Shown: piece after piece, positions 1 through 9,535 of the stretch
How positions within the stretch are numbered: the first letter of the stretch is position 1
How the letters are laid out: the number at the start of each line of letters is the position of its first letter
Assembly: GCA_020341755.1 (NCBI GenBank)
Contig: CP070834.1
Coordinates: 1-56,436, forward strand
Direction of reading: 5' to 3'
Length of the DNA: 56,436 nt
DNA from: a candidate division WOR-3 bacterium
GTDB taxonomy: Bacteria; Hydrothermota; Tepidihabitantia; SM23-42
The notes under the pieces: model-generated
Told to the model about the DNA's origin: nothing
Databases searched by the model: none
The model's input: only the letters and a program-made list of their open reading frames with translations
Position numbers and translations under genes: made by a program

Positions 1-1526
1 TGATTGTACAGCGTCTCGGAATTCTCGGCGAACCAGACGAGACCGCCGTCGCCGGTATCTTTCAGGAGGAACCCTCCGTATCGCTTGGCAATCTCTGCCA
101 TTTCCTTGGCGAATTTGTATTTTATCCTCTGTTCCTTTACCGCGTTGTGCAATTTGGTCCCCATATATGAGGATCCTCTAATATCGTAAACGAGGATGGT
201 CACGCATTTGCGGAACTGTTCCACCGCCTTCGTGATGTCTTTATTGGTTTTCTGGTCTTGTTCCTCCAGTTCCAGGATGTTTTTACCCTTCAACGATAGA
301 ATTGTCAGATGTGCAGCATCGTCGACCACCTTTTGCGGTTGTTTCGGAGCTGGTGGTAGACAGGTGACGATCTCTAAAAGAATGTGCTTGAGCGCGTGTG
401 GAATAATAACTTCTTTCATGAAGGTATGATACACTGTTGTCAGTCCGCTGAAATCGAGTTCTACCGACAACAGACCCTTTTTCTCAAAGCTCTTCAACAG
501 GGAAACACTACGATCCTTGCGTCGATGCAACTCTTCTAATTCAAACGTCGCAGTTTTTATGAACAGCTTCTCCTCATCTTTGTTCAACGGTCCGAAGTTA
601 TGGAAGAACAGGTACTCCTCATACAGTTCGCTGATAGACTTACGTTTGTTAAATACCCGTTTCTCGGCACTATAGCGGTAGTCTTCTGACTGCTGCAGCT
701 GACGCTTTATTTCATTCCAGCGTTTTTCATATTCCTTAAGATGATAGATATTACCAAGAAACAATCTGTCCAGACGTGAAAAAAGATTCGATGTCTTCTG
801 CGTTATCGTACTTATATCGCTCCCTGCGGCCACATCATTCTCAATGATCTCTTTCAAGCCCCTATCTGCATCGAGGTATAATTCCTGCAGCTGTTCCTTC
901 AGCCTCAAACTGTACAGGTCTATATTCTTCAGCTCCTCCTCGAGTTTCTGTGTTACCTCACGCATTCGCGAGGCGATCTTCTTGATCAGGCGGACGAGCG
1001 ATCCGTCTGAAAGATATTCCATGAACACAGCAGGTATCTGCTTTACCGCATCTTCCATATTGATAAAACTGATCTGATCGATGTTGTTTAGCTGATCGCC
1101 CAACAGGTGTTCTGTGCGGGCGTGCATACAGCTCCTGTGCAGCGCAAGGAATATTTCTGGAGTGAAAGAGATTTCCTTCATTTCCTTTCGGTAATCATGT
1201 ATATAGGGGTGATCGCCTTTGTTCTCGATAATCCTTACTATCTCCGGAGGACACTTTTTTACCAGCTCTTCTGAAACGGGAAGCCCCATCTTTTTATGTC
1301 CGAGATAGACAGCCAGTTCATGCCCCGTATACTCTGTCAATCTTCGACCAAGCCAGACAATCAAATGTTTTCTGTTCTCAATGCTCCTGAGATGCGTTAC
1401 CGGAATACCGAGTACATTGAATCCTTTCTTAATAGCACGCATAGTACGTGCATACACCTCTGGATTGCTGAACCGATCCCGGAGCAATTGCGCATAGCGG
1501 CTCTTTGCTTCAATATAATGCTGCAT
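1..1526 (-). CDS. Large cytoplasmic protein with C-terminal class III nucleotidyl-cyclase-like (palm) domain. The 3' end runs off the window. Paralog of the adjacent 805-aa gene.
   Basis: My own minus-strand translation from ATG 1526 is open all the way to position 1. An alternative in-frame GTG at 1550 overlaps the upstream stop as GTGA. The translation reads MQHYIEAKSRYAQLL ... TILVYDIRGSSYMGTKL ... KRYGGFLLKDTGDGGLVWFAEN. It is absent from the ORF track because no stop lies in the window. The last ~70 aa parallel LIYDIRGSTFMGTKL / KYGGIPIKDTGDGGIVLFTAN of the neighbouring gene. Confidence 0.75.
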   Translation of the reverse strand, partial: MQHYIEAKSRYAQLLRDRFSNPEVYARTMRAIKKGFNVLGIPVTHLRSIENRKHLIVWLGRRLTEYTGHELAVYLGHKKMGLPVSEELVKKCPPEIVRIIENKGDHPYIHDYRKEMKEISFTPEIFLALHRSCMHARTEHLLGDQLNNIDQISFINMEDAVKQIPAVFMEYLSDGSLVRLIKKIASRMREVTQKLEEELKNIDLYSLRLKEQLQELYLDADRGLKEIIENDVAAGSDISTITQKTSNLFSRLDRLFLGNIYHLKEYEKRWNEIKRQLQQSEDYRYSAEKRVFNKRKSISELYEEYLFFHNFGPLNKDEEKLFIKTATFELEELHRRKDRSVSLLKSFEKKGLLSVELDFSGLTTVYHTFMKEVIIPHALKHILLEIVTCLPPAPKQPQKVVDDAAHLTILSLKGKNILELEEQDQKTNKDITKAVEQFRKCVTILVYDIRGSSYMGTKLHNAVKEQRIKYKFAKEMAEIAKRYGGFLLKDTGDGGLVWFAENSETLYN

Positions 1527-1546
1527 TTCACTGTATGTGTACTTGT

Positions 1547-3964
1547 TCACTTAAGGGTCTCCGTTGTGATCTCAAACAGGAATTTACCCCGGCCACCTTT
1601 ACTGTCCTTTATTTCACCGGTTTCATCTATTTCCAGGTCGTACATGCCCAGCATGATCTTCAAACTCCCCGCGCGCGTGTACTCCTGTCCTATCTGACTC
1701 ACAAATATTTTGTACAGATCGAGGATAAATCCCCGTCTGGAGAATTTCTGGTTGATCCAGTACTCGAGCCCCTGTTCCACATCAAGCAACAGCGGATCTA
1801 TGCTCAGACCGGCATCGCTCAGGAATGAAAATTTGTTGACGTTCAGCAGAAGATTGTACACCGTTGCGTCATCGCACATTACGGTCGATTTTGATTTTGC
1901 CTTCACCTTCGAATAGAAATTCGCTTCCCTGACGAGCATGCCCGTCAGATCGAGCTCTTCAAAAGCATTTTTCTCTAAATATAACTCTTTTGGGTATACA
2001 CCTGATGCAATACCTACTCCGATCTGGAAAATCGATTGGTATGCCGGTGGAAGGGTCGCATACGTTGCTCCCTCAAAACTAATCTTTCGCTCCTCACCCT
2101 CACGGAACCAGTCCTTGTATCTATCGATGTTATCCTGAACGAATGCCCGTGCCTGTTTCACCATTTCGATCCCGCTTCGCACTGCGTTAAGGGCACTTCC
2201 CGGTTTCAGTTCGGACGTTTCACCCCGCTTTATCTCATTGTGGTTCGCTGTGAACAGAACGATTCCGCCGTCACCGGTATCTTTTATTGGAATACCACCA
2301 TACTTCTCTACTGCCGAAAGCATTGACTCCTGGAAGAAATTCCTTATTTCACTCTCGACCTTTGCATCTCTCAGCTTCGTACCCATGAATGTTGAACCAC
2401 GGATGTCATAAATGAGGACCGAGACGAGATCCTTGTAACGGTTAACCGTGAGTTCGGAAACCTTGTGAGGAGTATCAATGACCTTAACGTCTTTTTCGAT
2501 AACATTTACACGCCCGGCAAGGGCCTCCTCGGCGACATAGCGCACGCTGTCCTGCGAAACGACACCTGAAAGTTTTGGATAATACTCAACAAGTTCCTCC
2601 ATAAGCAATGTTCTGATGAGAGGTCGTATCACACGTTGGGTAATACTTCGGAATGTTTCCATGATCAATCGTGTATCATAACGATCTTTCAAGAACCCGG
2701 TCACCCGGTACTTGTATAATACGTCGGTCCCGTGCTTTTCTGCTTTGATCTCCGACATGACATTTTTTACGAGAACCTGCATCTGTTCATCGGTGACGGT
2801 CAGGTCAGGATTATGCAACAAAATGATAAAAGGATCCCATTCATTTTTCACGACGAACTGCAGTAGATCGGTTGTTTTAAAATCCACGATCGCCTTCAAC
2901 TCTTTCTCTTTATTTACGTAATCAAGATACTGATTCCTCAGAATACGCAGATCGTACCCGTTCGTGATAAGATTGCGTCGCAGATTTTTAATTTTATTAT
3001 CGATCGCTGTTTCATTCGAAAATTTTTCCACCAGAATCGTGAGCTGTTCCTTCATTGATTCGGTGACATCTTTCGTTTTCTGCTTTATCGCACGCATCTG
3101 CTGTTCAACGGATTCCTTTCGCTGCACGATATCGCTGAGCATTTCCCGTGCTCTCACTCTCAAAAGATTGAGAACTTCTTCGAGTGTCTTCTCGTCAGGA
3201 AAGAAAAAGTGAGACCGGAAGACATCGAGAATTGCTGCCTTGCTCAAAAGCGGCACCCGCTCAATGCTATTTATCACGGTTGTCTTTGTGTCGGTATAGT
3301 ACGTAGTCATAATGGCTTTTGCTACCGCCGTATAAAGGGCGCCCGGCAATCCCTTGTCGAGAAAGGATTTCGCCAGAAGGCGCATCGTCTCGGAATAACC
3401 GCAGCGCGGTATGAAGGGTATTTTTTCATAGCTGTTACTGATGAGTTCATCGACAGCGGCATTATCTTTGGAACTGGCATGCCTGAGGTAACTGAATAGC
3501 TGGTTCACGACCACCCCGAAGCGCTCTGCTATAACGATCTTCCGATCGATCGGATCGCTCACGATGTGCTGGGTGATAAGATCTCGTATGAGTTTGCGGG
3601 TCACGATCTCAAAAATGATCATCCGGTCGGTAATGCCCTCCACGAATCTCTGATAGATCTCGGATAATTGTGAACTGTACCGTTCAAAAAAACTTTCCCA
3701 TTGGTCTACCGAGCACTCATCGGATATAAAACTTCTGTACTGCGCGACGAATTCCTGCTGAAGCGCAAAAATCTTGCGTCCAAGAAAAACCAATTCCTTG
3801 CCGCCGCGTTCACTCACCCGTGCGATAAAACCGTCACTCTTTGAGATGTTCCGTAGAATAGCGACATATCGGTTGAAGGTCTTTGTATCCCGGTAGGTCT
3901 CTGTCATCTGCCGGTAGTATGGTGTATCGAGTATCAGGATGTCTTCGAATTCAGTTCTTCGCAT
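1547..3964 (-). CDS. Large cytoplasmic protein: ~550-aa uncharacterised helical/coiled-coil N-terminal region plus a divergent class III adenylate/guanylate cyclase-like catalytic domain
   Basis: 812-aa ORF in the track. I prefer ATG 3964 (MRRTEF...), which has AAGGA 7 nt upstream, over TTG 3985. Cyclase-homology signatures are LIYDIRGST (first metal Asp), KDTGDGGIVLF (second metal Asp) and IGVGIASGVY. No TM segments. Confidence 0.7.
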   Translation of the reverse strand: MRRTEFEDILILDTPYYRQMTETYRDTKTFNRYVAILRNISKSDGFIARVSERGGKELVFLGRKIFALQQEFVAQYRSFISDECSVDQWESFFERYSSQLSEIYQRFVEGITDRMIIFEIVTRKLIRDLITQHIVSDPIDRKIVIAERFGVVVNQLFSYLRHASSKDNAAVDELISNSYEKIPFIPRCGYSETMRLLAKSFLDKGLPGALYTAVAKAIMTTYYTDTKTTVINSIERVPLLSKAAILDVFRSHFFFPDEKTLEEVLNLLRVRAREMLSDIVQRKESVEQQMRAIKQKTKDVTESMKEQLTILVEKFSNETAIDNKIKNLRRNLITNGYDLRILRNQYLDYVNKEKELKAIVDFKTTDLLQFVVKNEWDPFIILLHNPDLTVTDEQMQVLVKNVMSEIKAEKHGTDVLYKYRVTGFLKDRYDTRLIMETFRSITQRVIRPLIRTLLMEELVEYYPKLSGVVSQDSVRYVAEEALAGRVNVIEKDVKVIDTPHKVSELTVNRYKDLVSVLIYDIRGSTFMGTKLRDAKVESEIRNFFQESMLSAVEKYGGIPIKDTGDGGIVLFTANHNEIKRGETSELKPGSALNAVRSGIEMVKQARAFVQDNIDRYKDWFREGEERKISFEGATYATLPPAYQSIFQIGVGIASGVYPKELYLEKNAFEELDLTGMLVREANFYSKVKAKSKSTVMCDDATVYNLLLNVNKFSFLSDAGLSIDPLLLDVEQGLEYWINQKFSRRGFILDLYKIFVSQIGQEYTRAGSLKIMLGMYDLEIDETGEIKDSKGGRGKFLFEITTETLK

Positions 3965-4919
3965 TATATTTCCTTTTTGCGGCAAGATGCTCCTGAAAGG
4001 TCTCAGAGAAATGGTGTCGGCCGTTCCCCATCGAAACGAAATAGAGATAATCTGCTTCTGCCGGGTTCACGACCGCCCTGATTGAACTTTCTCCTGGAGA
4101 GCAGATCGGTCCCGGAGGTAAACCTGTATGCAGGTATGTATTGTACGGCGAGTCGAGTTTAAGGTCTCGCTCAAGTAGCCGCTGTTTGGAATGGTACTTC
4201 TCGAAATCCAGCAACTTGAGGGCATACAGTATCGTTGCGCACGACTCCAGCGGTCTGTCCTTCACGAGCCGGTTAATGAAGACCCTGGCGATAAGCGCTC
4301 GTTCCTCATCGACCTGCGCCTCTTTCTCAACCAACGATGCGAGGGTCACTACGGAAAAAAGACTGTCAGGTTCATCGAAAGATAGATCTCCACAGTGCCG
4401 CTTAAAGTTACTGACAAATGCCTTCACGACATCGCTGTCATTCTGACGATGACTGAAACTATAGGTATCGGGGAACAGATAACCCTCGAGTGATGCGGCG
4501 GGTACGCCGAGTTCCTGTGCAAACACAGGATTTGTGCACAGCGATAAGAATGTCTCCCGATCGATAATTCCTTCGACGGCAAGAATATCGGCAACCTGAT
4601 GCATGGTCAATCCTTCAGGGATGGTCACCATAATATCGGAACGTCCGCCGCGCGTCAGGTGGGATATCACGTACAGGGGATTTCTATACGTATCGAGTTC
4701 ATACATCCCTGATTTTAATTTCTTTTCATTACCGGTAAGCCGGAGCCAGAAAAGGAACTCATCACGGTCCCTGACAGCGTGTTGTGAAGACAGGTAATCG
4801 GTTATTTCCTTTGCACTGGCACCCTCGGGTATTGTTACCGCCGTCCTTCCGACCCGTATCGGTTGCCACCACACGATCAAAATGATCAGGAGTACGCCGA
4901 GGGCAATGAGTTGTTTCAT
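3951..4919 (-). CDS. mltG: Endolytic murein transglycosylase MltG (YceG family)
   Basis: N-terminal TM helix, LASLVEKEA and YNTYLHTGLPPGPICSPG motifs. ATG 4919 overlaps the ruvX stop as ATGA. The track ORF extends to 4931. Confidence 0.9.
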   Translation of the reverse strand: MKQLIALGVLLIILIVWWQPIRVGRTAVTIPEGASAKEITDYLSSQHAVRDRDEFLFWLRLTGNEKKLKSGMYELDTYRNPLYVISHLTRGGRSDIMVTIPEGLTMHQVADILAVEGIIDRETFLSLCTNPVFAQELGVPAASLEGYLFPDTYSFSHRQNDSDVVKAFVSNFKRHCGDLSFDEPDSLFSVVTLASLVEKEAQVDEERALIARVFINRLVKDRPLESCATILYALKLLDFEKYHSKQRLLERDLKLDSPYNTYLHTGLPPGPICSPGESSIRAVVNPAEADYLYFVSMGNGRHHFSETFQEHLAAKRKYNAKN

Positions 4920-5329
4920 GATACCTGACACTTTTTTTTCAAATACTCATCGAGCATGATACAGGCGGCGACCTGGTCGACCGTGTCCTTGTGTCGGCGA
5001 ATGCCCATAGTCTTAAGAGTAGTATGAGCATATTTACTCGTTAATCGCTCATCCCACAATTCTATAGTGACCTTGACCTTTTTCTTCAACTGTTTGATAA
5101 ACCGTTCAATTTCATGTGTCATCTCTGTCGGCATACCGTCTAATGAACAGGGATAACCAACAATTACACGATGTATGTCCAGTTCTTTGATCAAACCGCT
5201 CAATCGCTGCACCACCTGATGGCGCGAGATAACCTTAAGTGTAGAAAGTGGCTGCGAGATAGTGCATTGTGGGTCAGTGACTGCTATTCCGACCCGTTTT
5301 CTGCCATAATCAACCGCCATTATTCTCAT
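4916..5329 (-). CDS. ruvX: Putative pre-16S rRNA nuclease / Holliday junction resolvase-like YqgF (RuvX)
   Basis: MRIMAVDYGRKRVGIAVTD N-terminus typical of YqgF. GGAG lies 4 nt upstream of ATG 5329. The longer TTG-initiated extension to 5362 looks non-native. Confidence 0.88.
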   Translation of the reverse strand: MRIMAVDYGRKRVGIAVTDPQCTISQPLSTLKVISRHQVVQRLSGLIKELDIHRVIVGYPCSLDGMPTEMTHEIERFIKQLKKKVKVTIELWDERLTSKYAHTTLKTMGIRRHKDTVDQVAACIMLDEYLKKKCQVS

Positions 5330-5367
5330 ATTTCTCCATGATGTTGTGCCACACGTGCACAAAGAGA

Positions 5368-5395
5368 ATTATAGTGAAATAAAAATATTTGTCAA
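5368..5395 (-). promoter_or_regulatory. Sigma70-type promoter for ruvX-mltG-cyclase-like operon
   Basis: Minus strand reads TTGACA (5395-5390), 16 nt, TATAAT (5373-5368). Confidence 0.7.
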
Positions 5396-5473
5396 GAATT
5401 AGTACCATAAAACCCTGCAGACAGCCACGAAATCACGACCTTGTGGACAATTCTCACCCCGTGCCCTGTACCG

Positions 5474-5501
5474 TTGACTTTACACAACATATCAATACAA
5501 T
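5474..5501 (+). promoter_or_regulatory. Sigma70-type promoter, leaderless configuration, for UbiA-family gene
   Basis: TTGACT 5474-5479, 16 nt, TACAAT 5496-5501. ATG at 5507 is only 5 nt downstream. Confidence 0.65.
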
Positions 5502-5506
5502 CTCCC

Positions 5507-6316
5507 ATGGGTTATCTCCGATTAATCCGCCCGGTCAACTGCATCATCGCATTCAGCGCCGTCTATGTCGGTGCCTGGATTGGAAAATCCGTTATCTTCA
5601 ACTTCCAGTTGCTCTGTGCCGGGACGGCGGCATTTCTGGTCTGTGCTTTCGGCAACATCGTGAACGACCTCAAAGATATCGAGATCGATAGGATCAATAA
5701 TCCCCACCGACCACTGCCTTCGGGTTCAGCCAGCAAGACAATGACGATACTACTTGCCGTTTTTCTCTTTTTTGCCGCCAGCACATGCTCTTTCAGCCTC
5801 GGGTTGTATCCATCACTCCTGGTGATCGGAGCGCTGATCATGCTGCTCGCCTATGCTTACTCTTTTAAAAAGACCGTGTTGGGGAATTTTGTGGTTGCCC
5901 TGGTCAGCGGATTGAGTTTTATCCTGGGGGGGATCATTACCCATAATCCTGTATGCCTGGTTCCCTTTATTTTTTCTTTTTTCATACACATACCGCGCGA
6001 GATACTGAAGGATGTCATGGACATGGAAGGTGACCGAGCAGGTGGTGTTTTATCCGTTCCGATCATATACGGTACGGTACCCTCTTTCCGCATCAGTGCG
6101 CTGCTTTTATGCAGCCTTTGCATCTTAGTACCGGTACCATTTTTCATGAACCTGCTCGGCAGTATGTATCTCACCTTCATGGTCATCGGTGCATACCCGA
6201 TTTTGATCTTCCTGATCGTTCAACTCTTAAAGAATCCCCAGCACAAAGATCTCCTGAGGTTCAGTTCACTCTTAAAACTGGTCATGATCATCGGTCTCGT
6301 CGGGATGATAGTGTGA
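5507..6316 (+). CDS. UbiA-family polyprenyltransferase (integral membrane)
   Basis: NDLKDIEIDRINNPHRPLPSG Asp-rich motif and multiple TM helices. Start chosen at MGYLRLIRPVNC, directly after the promoter. The track ORF begins at 5441. Confidence 0.85.
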   Translation: MGYLRLIRPVNCIIAFSAVYVGAWIGKSVIFNFQLLCAGTAAFLVCAFGNIVNDLKDIEIDRINNPHRPLPSGSASKTMTILLAVFLFFAASTCSFSLGLYPSLLVIGALIMLLAYAYSFKKTVLGNFVVALVSGLSFILGGIITHNPVCLVPFIFSFFIHIPREILKDVMDMEGDRAGGVLSVPIIYGTVPSFRISALLLCSLCILVPVPFFMNLLGSMYLTFMVIGAYPILIFLIVQLLKNPQHKDLLRFSSLLKLVMIIGLVGMIV

Positions 6317-7065
6317 TAGTATTAGCCATCATCCTCGGCATACTGCAAGGACTGACCGAATTTCTGCCGATATCGAGTTCCGGTCATCTCGCCATACTGG
6401 AACATTATTTCGGTGTTGCCGAACCCGTCACCCTGGCTGTATTTCTTCATTTTGGCACGTTCCTGGCAACACTCGTTTACTTTTCCCGTCCTATCCGGGA
6501 TCTCATGCGAGGCATGGTGAGGCGTGACCGACAGAGCATTGGATACATAAGAAATATCTGCATCGGAACAATCCCCATCGTTATTTTTGCATTCCTGTTC
6601 AAGAGGTATATTGAACAGTCCTTCACCAATCTAACGCTCGTTGCCTTGCTTCTCGGTATCACCGGAGCAATCCTTATCCTCACGGGCGTGGTTGTCAGAG
6701 GGACTAAAAAGATTACCCTAGTGTCGGCTGTCCTTATTGGCGTGAGCCAGATGTTCGCGGTATTCCCTGGTATATCCAGATCAGGCGTAACGATCGCCAG
6801 CGGTCTTTTCCTCAAGGTGAAACCGGATAAGGTATTTACCTTTTCTTTCCTCCTTTCACTGCCGGCAATAGCCGGAGCGTTCTTTCTGGAAGCAGTGTCG
6901 ATATCCTCGCTCGAAAATATTCCGAGTCTTTTTATCGGTATGGTCTTCAGTTTTCTTTCAGGTCTTGTTGCACTGAAAATATTACGATTACTCGTTGAAA
7001 AGTATTTCCACCTGTTCGGTATTTACTGTTTGGTGATCAGCCTTATCATCTATTTAGCACAATGA
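6313..7065 (+). CDS. uppP: Undecaprenyl-diphosphate phosphatase
   Basis: GILQGLTEFLPISSSGHL and PGISRSG motifs. GTG 6313 overlaps the upstream stop (GTGTGA). The 5' part of the track ORF (6109-6312) overlaps the UbiA-family gene and is rejected. Confidence 0.9.
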   Translation: MIVLAIILGILQGLTEFLPISSSGHLAILEHYFGVAEPVTLAVFLHFGTFLATLVYFSRPIRDLMRGMVRRDRQSIGYIRNICIGTIPIVIFAFLFKRYIEQSFTNLTLVALLLGITGAILILTGVVVRGTKKITLVSAVLIGVSQMFAVFPGISRSGVTIASGLFLKVKPDKVFTFSFLLSLPAIAGAFFLEAVSISSLENIPSLFIGMVFSFLSGLVALKILRLLVEKYFHLFGIYCLVISLIIYLAQ

Positions 7066-8990
7066 AGGTATACCTTATTACTCTCATCCCGTTTGTGCTG
7101 TCACTGGTCACCAGCGACGCTTCAGTACGCAGACAGGGGAATCTCGTGATCGATAACATTCCCGGGATACCGGATGACCTCGCGCATAGGTTACGTGGGT
7201 ACGAAAATGCACGCTATGCCCATTTCTGCGATTGGTTTCATGACGGAGGCATCCTGATACGAACCCGTTTTGCGGACGTTGCGCAGTTGCACCGGGTCGA
7301 TATACCTGGTGGCATGCGCCGGCAACTGACATTTTCCGAGGATGCAACCGGTTATGGGCAGATATGTCCGGATCGTAAAACGTCATTCCTCTTGTTCACC
7401 AGGGATTCAGCCGGCAATGAGAAACACCAGATTTTCAAGTACAATTATCACAGCGGTGCAGAAACCATGCTGACCGATGGACGATCAAAACACATGGCGG
7501 TGGTCTGGACGAACTCGGGAACTTCCTTTGCATTTGCCAGCACCATGAGAAATGGTAAGGATTTTGACATATACACTGGGACCCTGACGGGTAGGCAGAG
7601 TTTTATCCGGGTCCTCCAGAATGAGGGATACTGGTATCCGATGGATTTTTCCCCGGATGACCGGCGGTTGCTCATCAAACAGTACCTTTCGTCTGATGAA
7701 TCATATTTATACATACTTGATCTCGCGACCCGCGTACTCGACCAGGTCAATCCGACCGACCAGACAGTTTCGTACGGTCAGACACAATGGACACCGGACG
7801 GCAAGGGCATATATTATATTTCAGATCAATTCAGTGAATTCCGACAATTGATATACTACGACATCGCAACGAAACAAAATAAGGTTCTCACCGAGCAGAT
7901 ACCGTGGGATATAACCGAATTCGATATTGCCCCCTCAGGTGCAATCGCCCTGCTCAGCCGCGAGGAATTCAGGAGCAAACTGTATTTTCTTGATGCAGAG
8001 AGCGGCGCCCTCACTTCAGCACAGATGCCATACGGTATGATCACCGATGTGTCGTTCAGCCGGGATGGAAACCTCCTCGCCCTGCGTCTGAATACACCGA
8101 CTTCACCGAGTGACGTCTTTGCCCTGAACCTGAAGAATAAAGCTTTTATCCGATGGACATACAGTGAAATCGGACAGATCGATACGACACGGTGCGGTGT
8201 CGCGGAGCTCATCTATTATCCGACGTTCGACTCCGCAGAGGGCAGCGCTCGTATGATCCCTGCACTGTACTATGTTCCCACCGATGCACATCCCCCTCAT
8301 CCCGTCATCGTCTTCTGTCACGGAGGACCGGCATCACAAGCGAATCCATGGTTCTCGCCACTCTTACAGTACTACTTGATCGAGATGGGCATTGCCCTTA
8401 TCCGACCTAATATACGGGGATCGACGGGTATGGGAAAGACCTTCATGAACCTTGATGATGGCTACCTGCGGGAAGACGCAGTGCGTGATATCGGCACGCT
8501 CATCGACTGGATCCAGCAGCAGCCTGAACTCGATGCATCGCGTATCGCCATTGCCGGCGGATCATATGGCGGTTATATGGTGCTGGCATCGCTCATTCAT
8601 CACGGCGATCGCCTGCGCTGCGGCATATCATCGTCCGGGATCAGCAACTTTGTCACCTTTCTGGAAAATACCGGCGCATACCGGCAGGACTTGAGGCGCA
8701 GCGAGTACGGCGATGAACGGGACCCGGCAATGCGCGAGTTCCTGACGAACATCTCACCGCTCACGAATGCACACAACATCACACGACCGCTCTTCGTCGC
8801 ACAGGGACTGAACGATCCGCGTGTCCCGGTATCAGAAGCCGAGCAGATAGTTCAGGCGGTCCGCAAAAACGGGATCGATGTATGGTATCTACTCGCCGAA
8901 GATGAAGGACATGGCTTCAGCAAGAAACCGAACCGGGAATTCCTGCACCAGGCGGAAATCTTATTTTTACAGAGACACCTGCTCGAATGA
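7062..8990 (+). CDS. S9-family serine peptidase (prolyl oligopeptidase / acylaminoacyl peptidase type) with N-terminal beta-propeller
   Basis: Signal peptide, GGSYGGYM nucleophile elbow, DPRVP and EGHGF (Asp/His of the triad). Confidence 0.88.
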   Translation: MKVYLITLIPFVLSLVTSDASVRRQGNLVIDNIPGIPDDLAHRLRGYENARYAHFCDWFHDGGILIRTRFADVAQLHRVDIPGGMRRQLTFSEDATGYGQICPDRKTSFLLFTRDSAGNEKHQIFKYNYHSGAETMLTDGRSKHMAVVWTNSGTSFAFASTMRNGKDFDIYTGTLTGRQSFIRVLQNEGYWYPMDFSPDDRRLLIKQYLSSDESYLYILDLATRVLDQVNPTDQTVSYGQTQWTPDGKGIYYISDQFSEFRQLIYYDIATKQNKVLTEQIPWDITEFDIAPSGAIALLSREEFRSKLYFLDAESGALTSAQMPYGMITDVSFSRDGNLLALRLNTPTSPSDVFALNLKNKAFIRWTYSEIGQIDTTRCGVAELIYYPTFDSAEGSARMIPALYYVPTDAHPPHPVIVFCHGGPASQANPWFSPLLQYYLIEMGIALIRPNIRGSTGMGKTFMNLDDGYLREDAVRDIGTLIDWIQQQPELDASRIAIAGGSYGGYMVLASLIHHGDRLRCGISSSGISNFVTFLENTGAYRQDLRRSEYGDERDPAMREFLTNISPLTNAHNITRPLFVAQGLNDPRVPVSEAEQIVQAVRKNGIDVWYLLAEDEGHGFSKKPNREFLHQAEILFLQRHLLE

Positions 8991-9048
8991 CATCGTTGTT
9001 CATAGCACAGTGTTCGGGCACGATCACACACTTCTGTAAGGAGGTTAT

Positions 9049-9525
9049 ATGAAAATATTGATCGGCTATTACTCACGATCGGGTCATACAAAAAAAATGG
9101 CGGACGCGATCGCCCGGGGTGTTAAAAAAGAGAATATCACGGTCGCGGTCAAGACATTCGACCGTATCACCGTCGATGAGCTGCTTGATTACGAGGCGAT
9201 CATTTTCGGCTCACCTACGTACTATGGTCTCATGGCTGCCGAGGTGAAGCGATTATTCGATGAGAGCGTAAAAATCCATGGCAAGCTTTCCGGGAAAGTC
9301 GGCGGCGCCTTCTCATCGAGCGGCATGATGGGCGGCGGCGGTGAAACGACGATCATGAGTATTTTAGAGGCATTTATGGTACATGGTATGATCATCGTCG
9401 GTGATGCTCGGCTTCAGCATATGGGACCGCTGGCGATCGGGGATCCAGACGGGAATGCGATCGATACCTGTGAAAAATACGGGCAGAAGATCGCCGAACT
9501 GGCAAAAAAGGTCTTCACGGAGTAA
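9049..9525 (+). CDS. Flavodoxin-like fold protein (WrbA/NAD(P)H:quinone oxidoreductase-like)
   Basis: MKILIGYYSRSGHTKKMA N-terminus and GSPTYYG motif. AGGAGG-type SD upstream. Confidence 0.8.
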   Translation: MKILIGYYSRSGHTKKMADAIARGVKKENITVAVKTFDRITVDELLDYEAIIFGSPTYYGLMAAEVKRLFDESVKIHGKLSGKVGGAFSSSGMMGGGGETTIMSILEAFMVHGMIIVGDARLQHMGPLAIGDPDGNAIDTCEKYGQKIAELAKKVFTE

Positions 9526-9535
9526 GTATCCTGTA

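Noticed and set aside
1296-2326. Several 60-130-aa plus-strand ORFs at the left end of the window
   Set aside because: All are antisense to the two large cyclase-like genes, which are open on the minus strand and mutually paralogous.
6109-6312. Long N-terminal extension of uppP in the track ORF (318 aa)
   Set aside because: It overlaps the 3' third of the UbiA-family gene in another frame. The UppP homology begins at VIVLAIILGILQG, right at GTG 6313.
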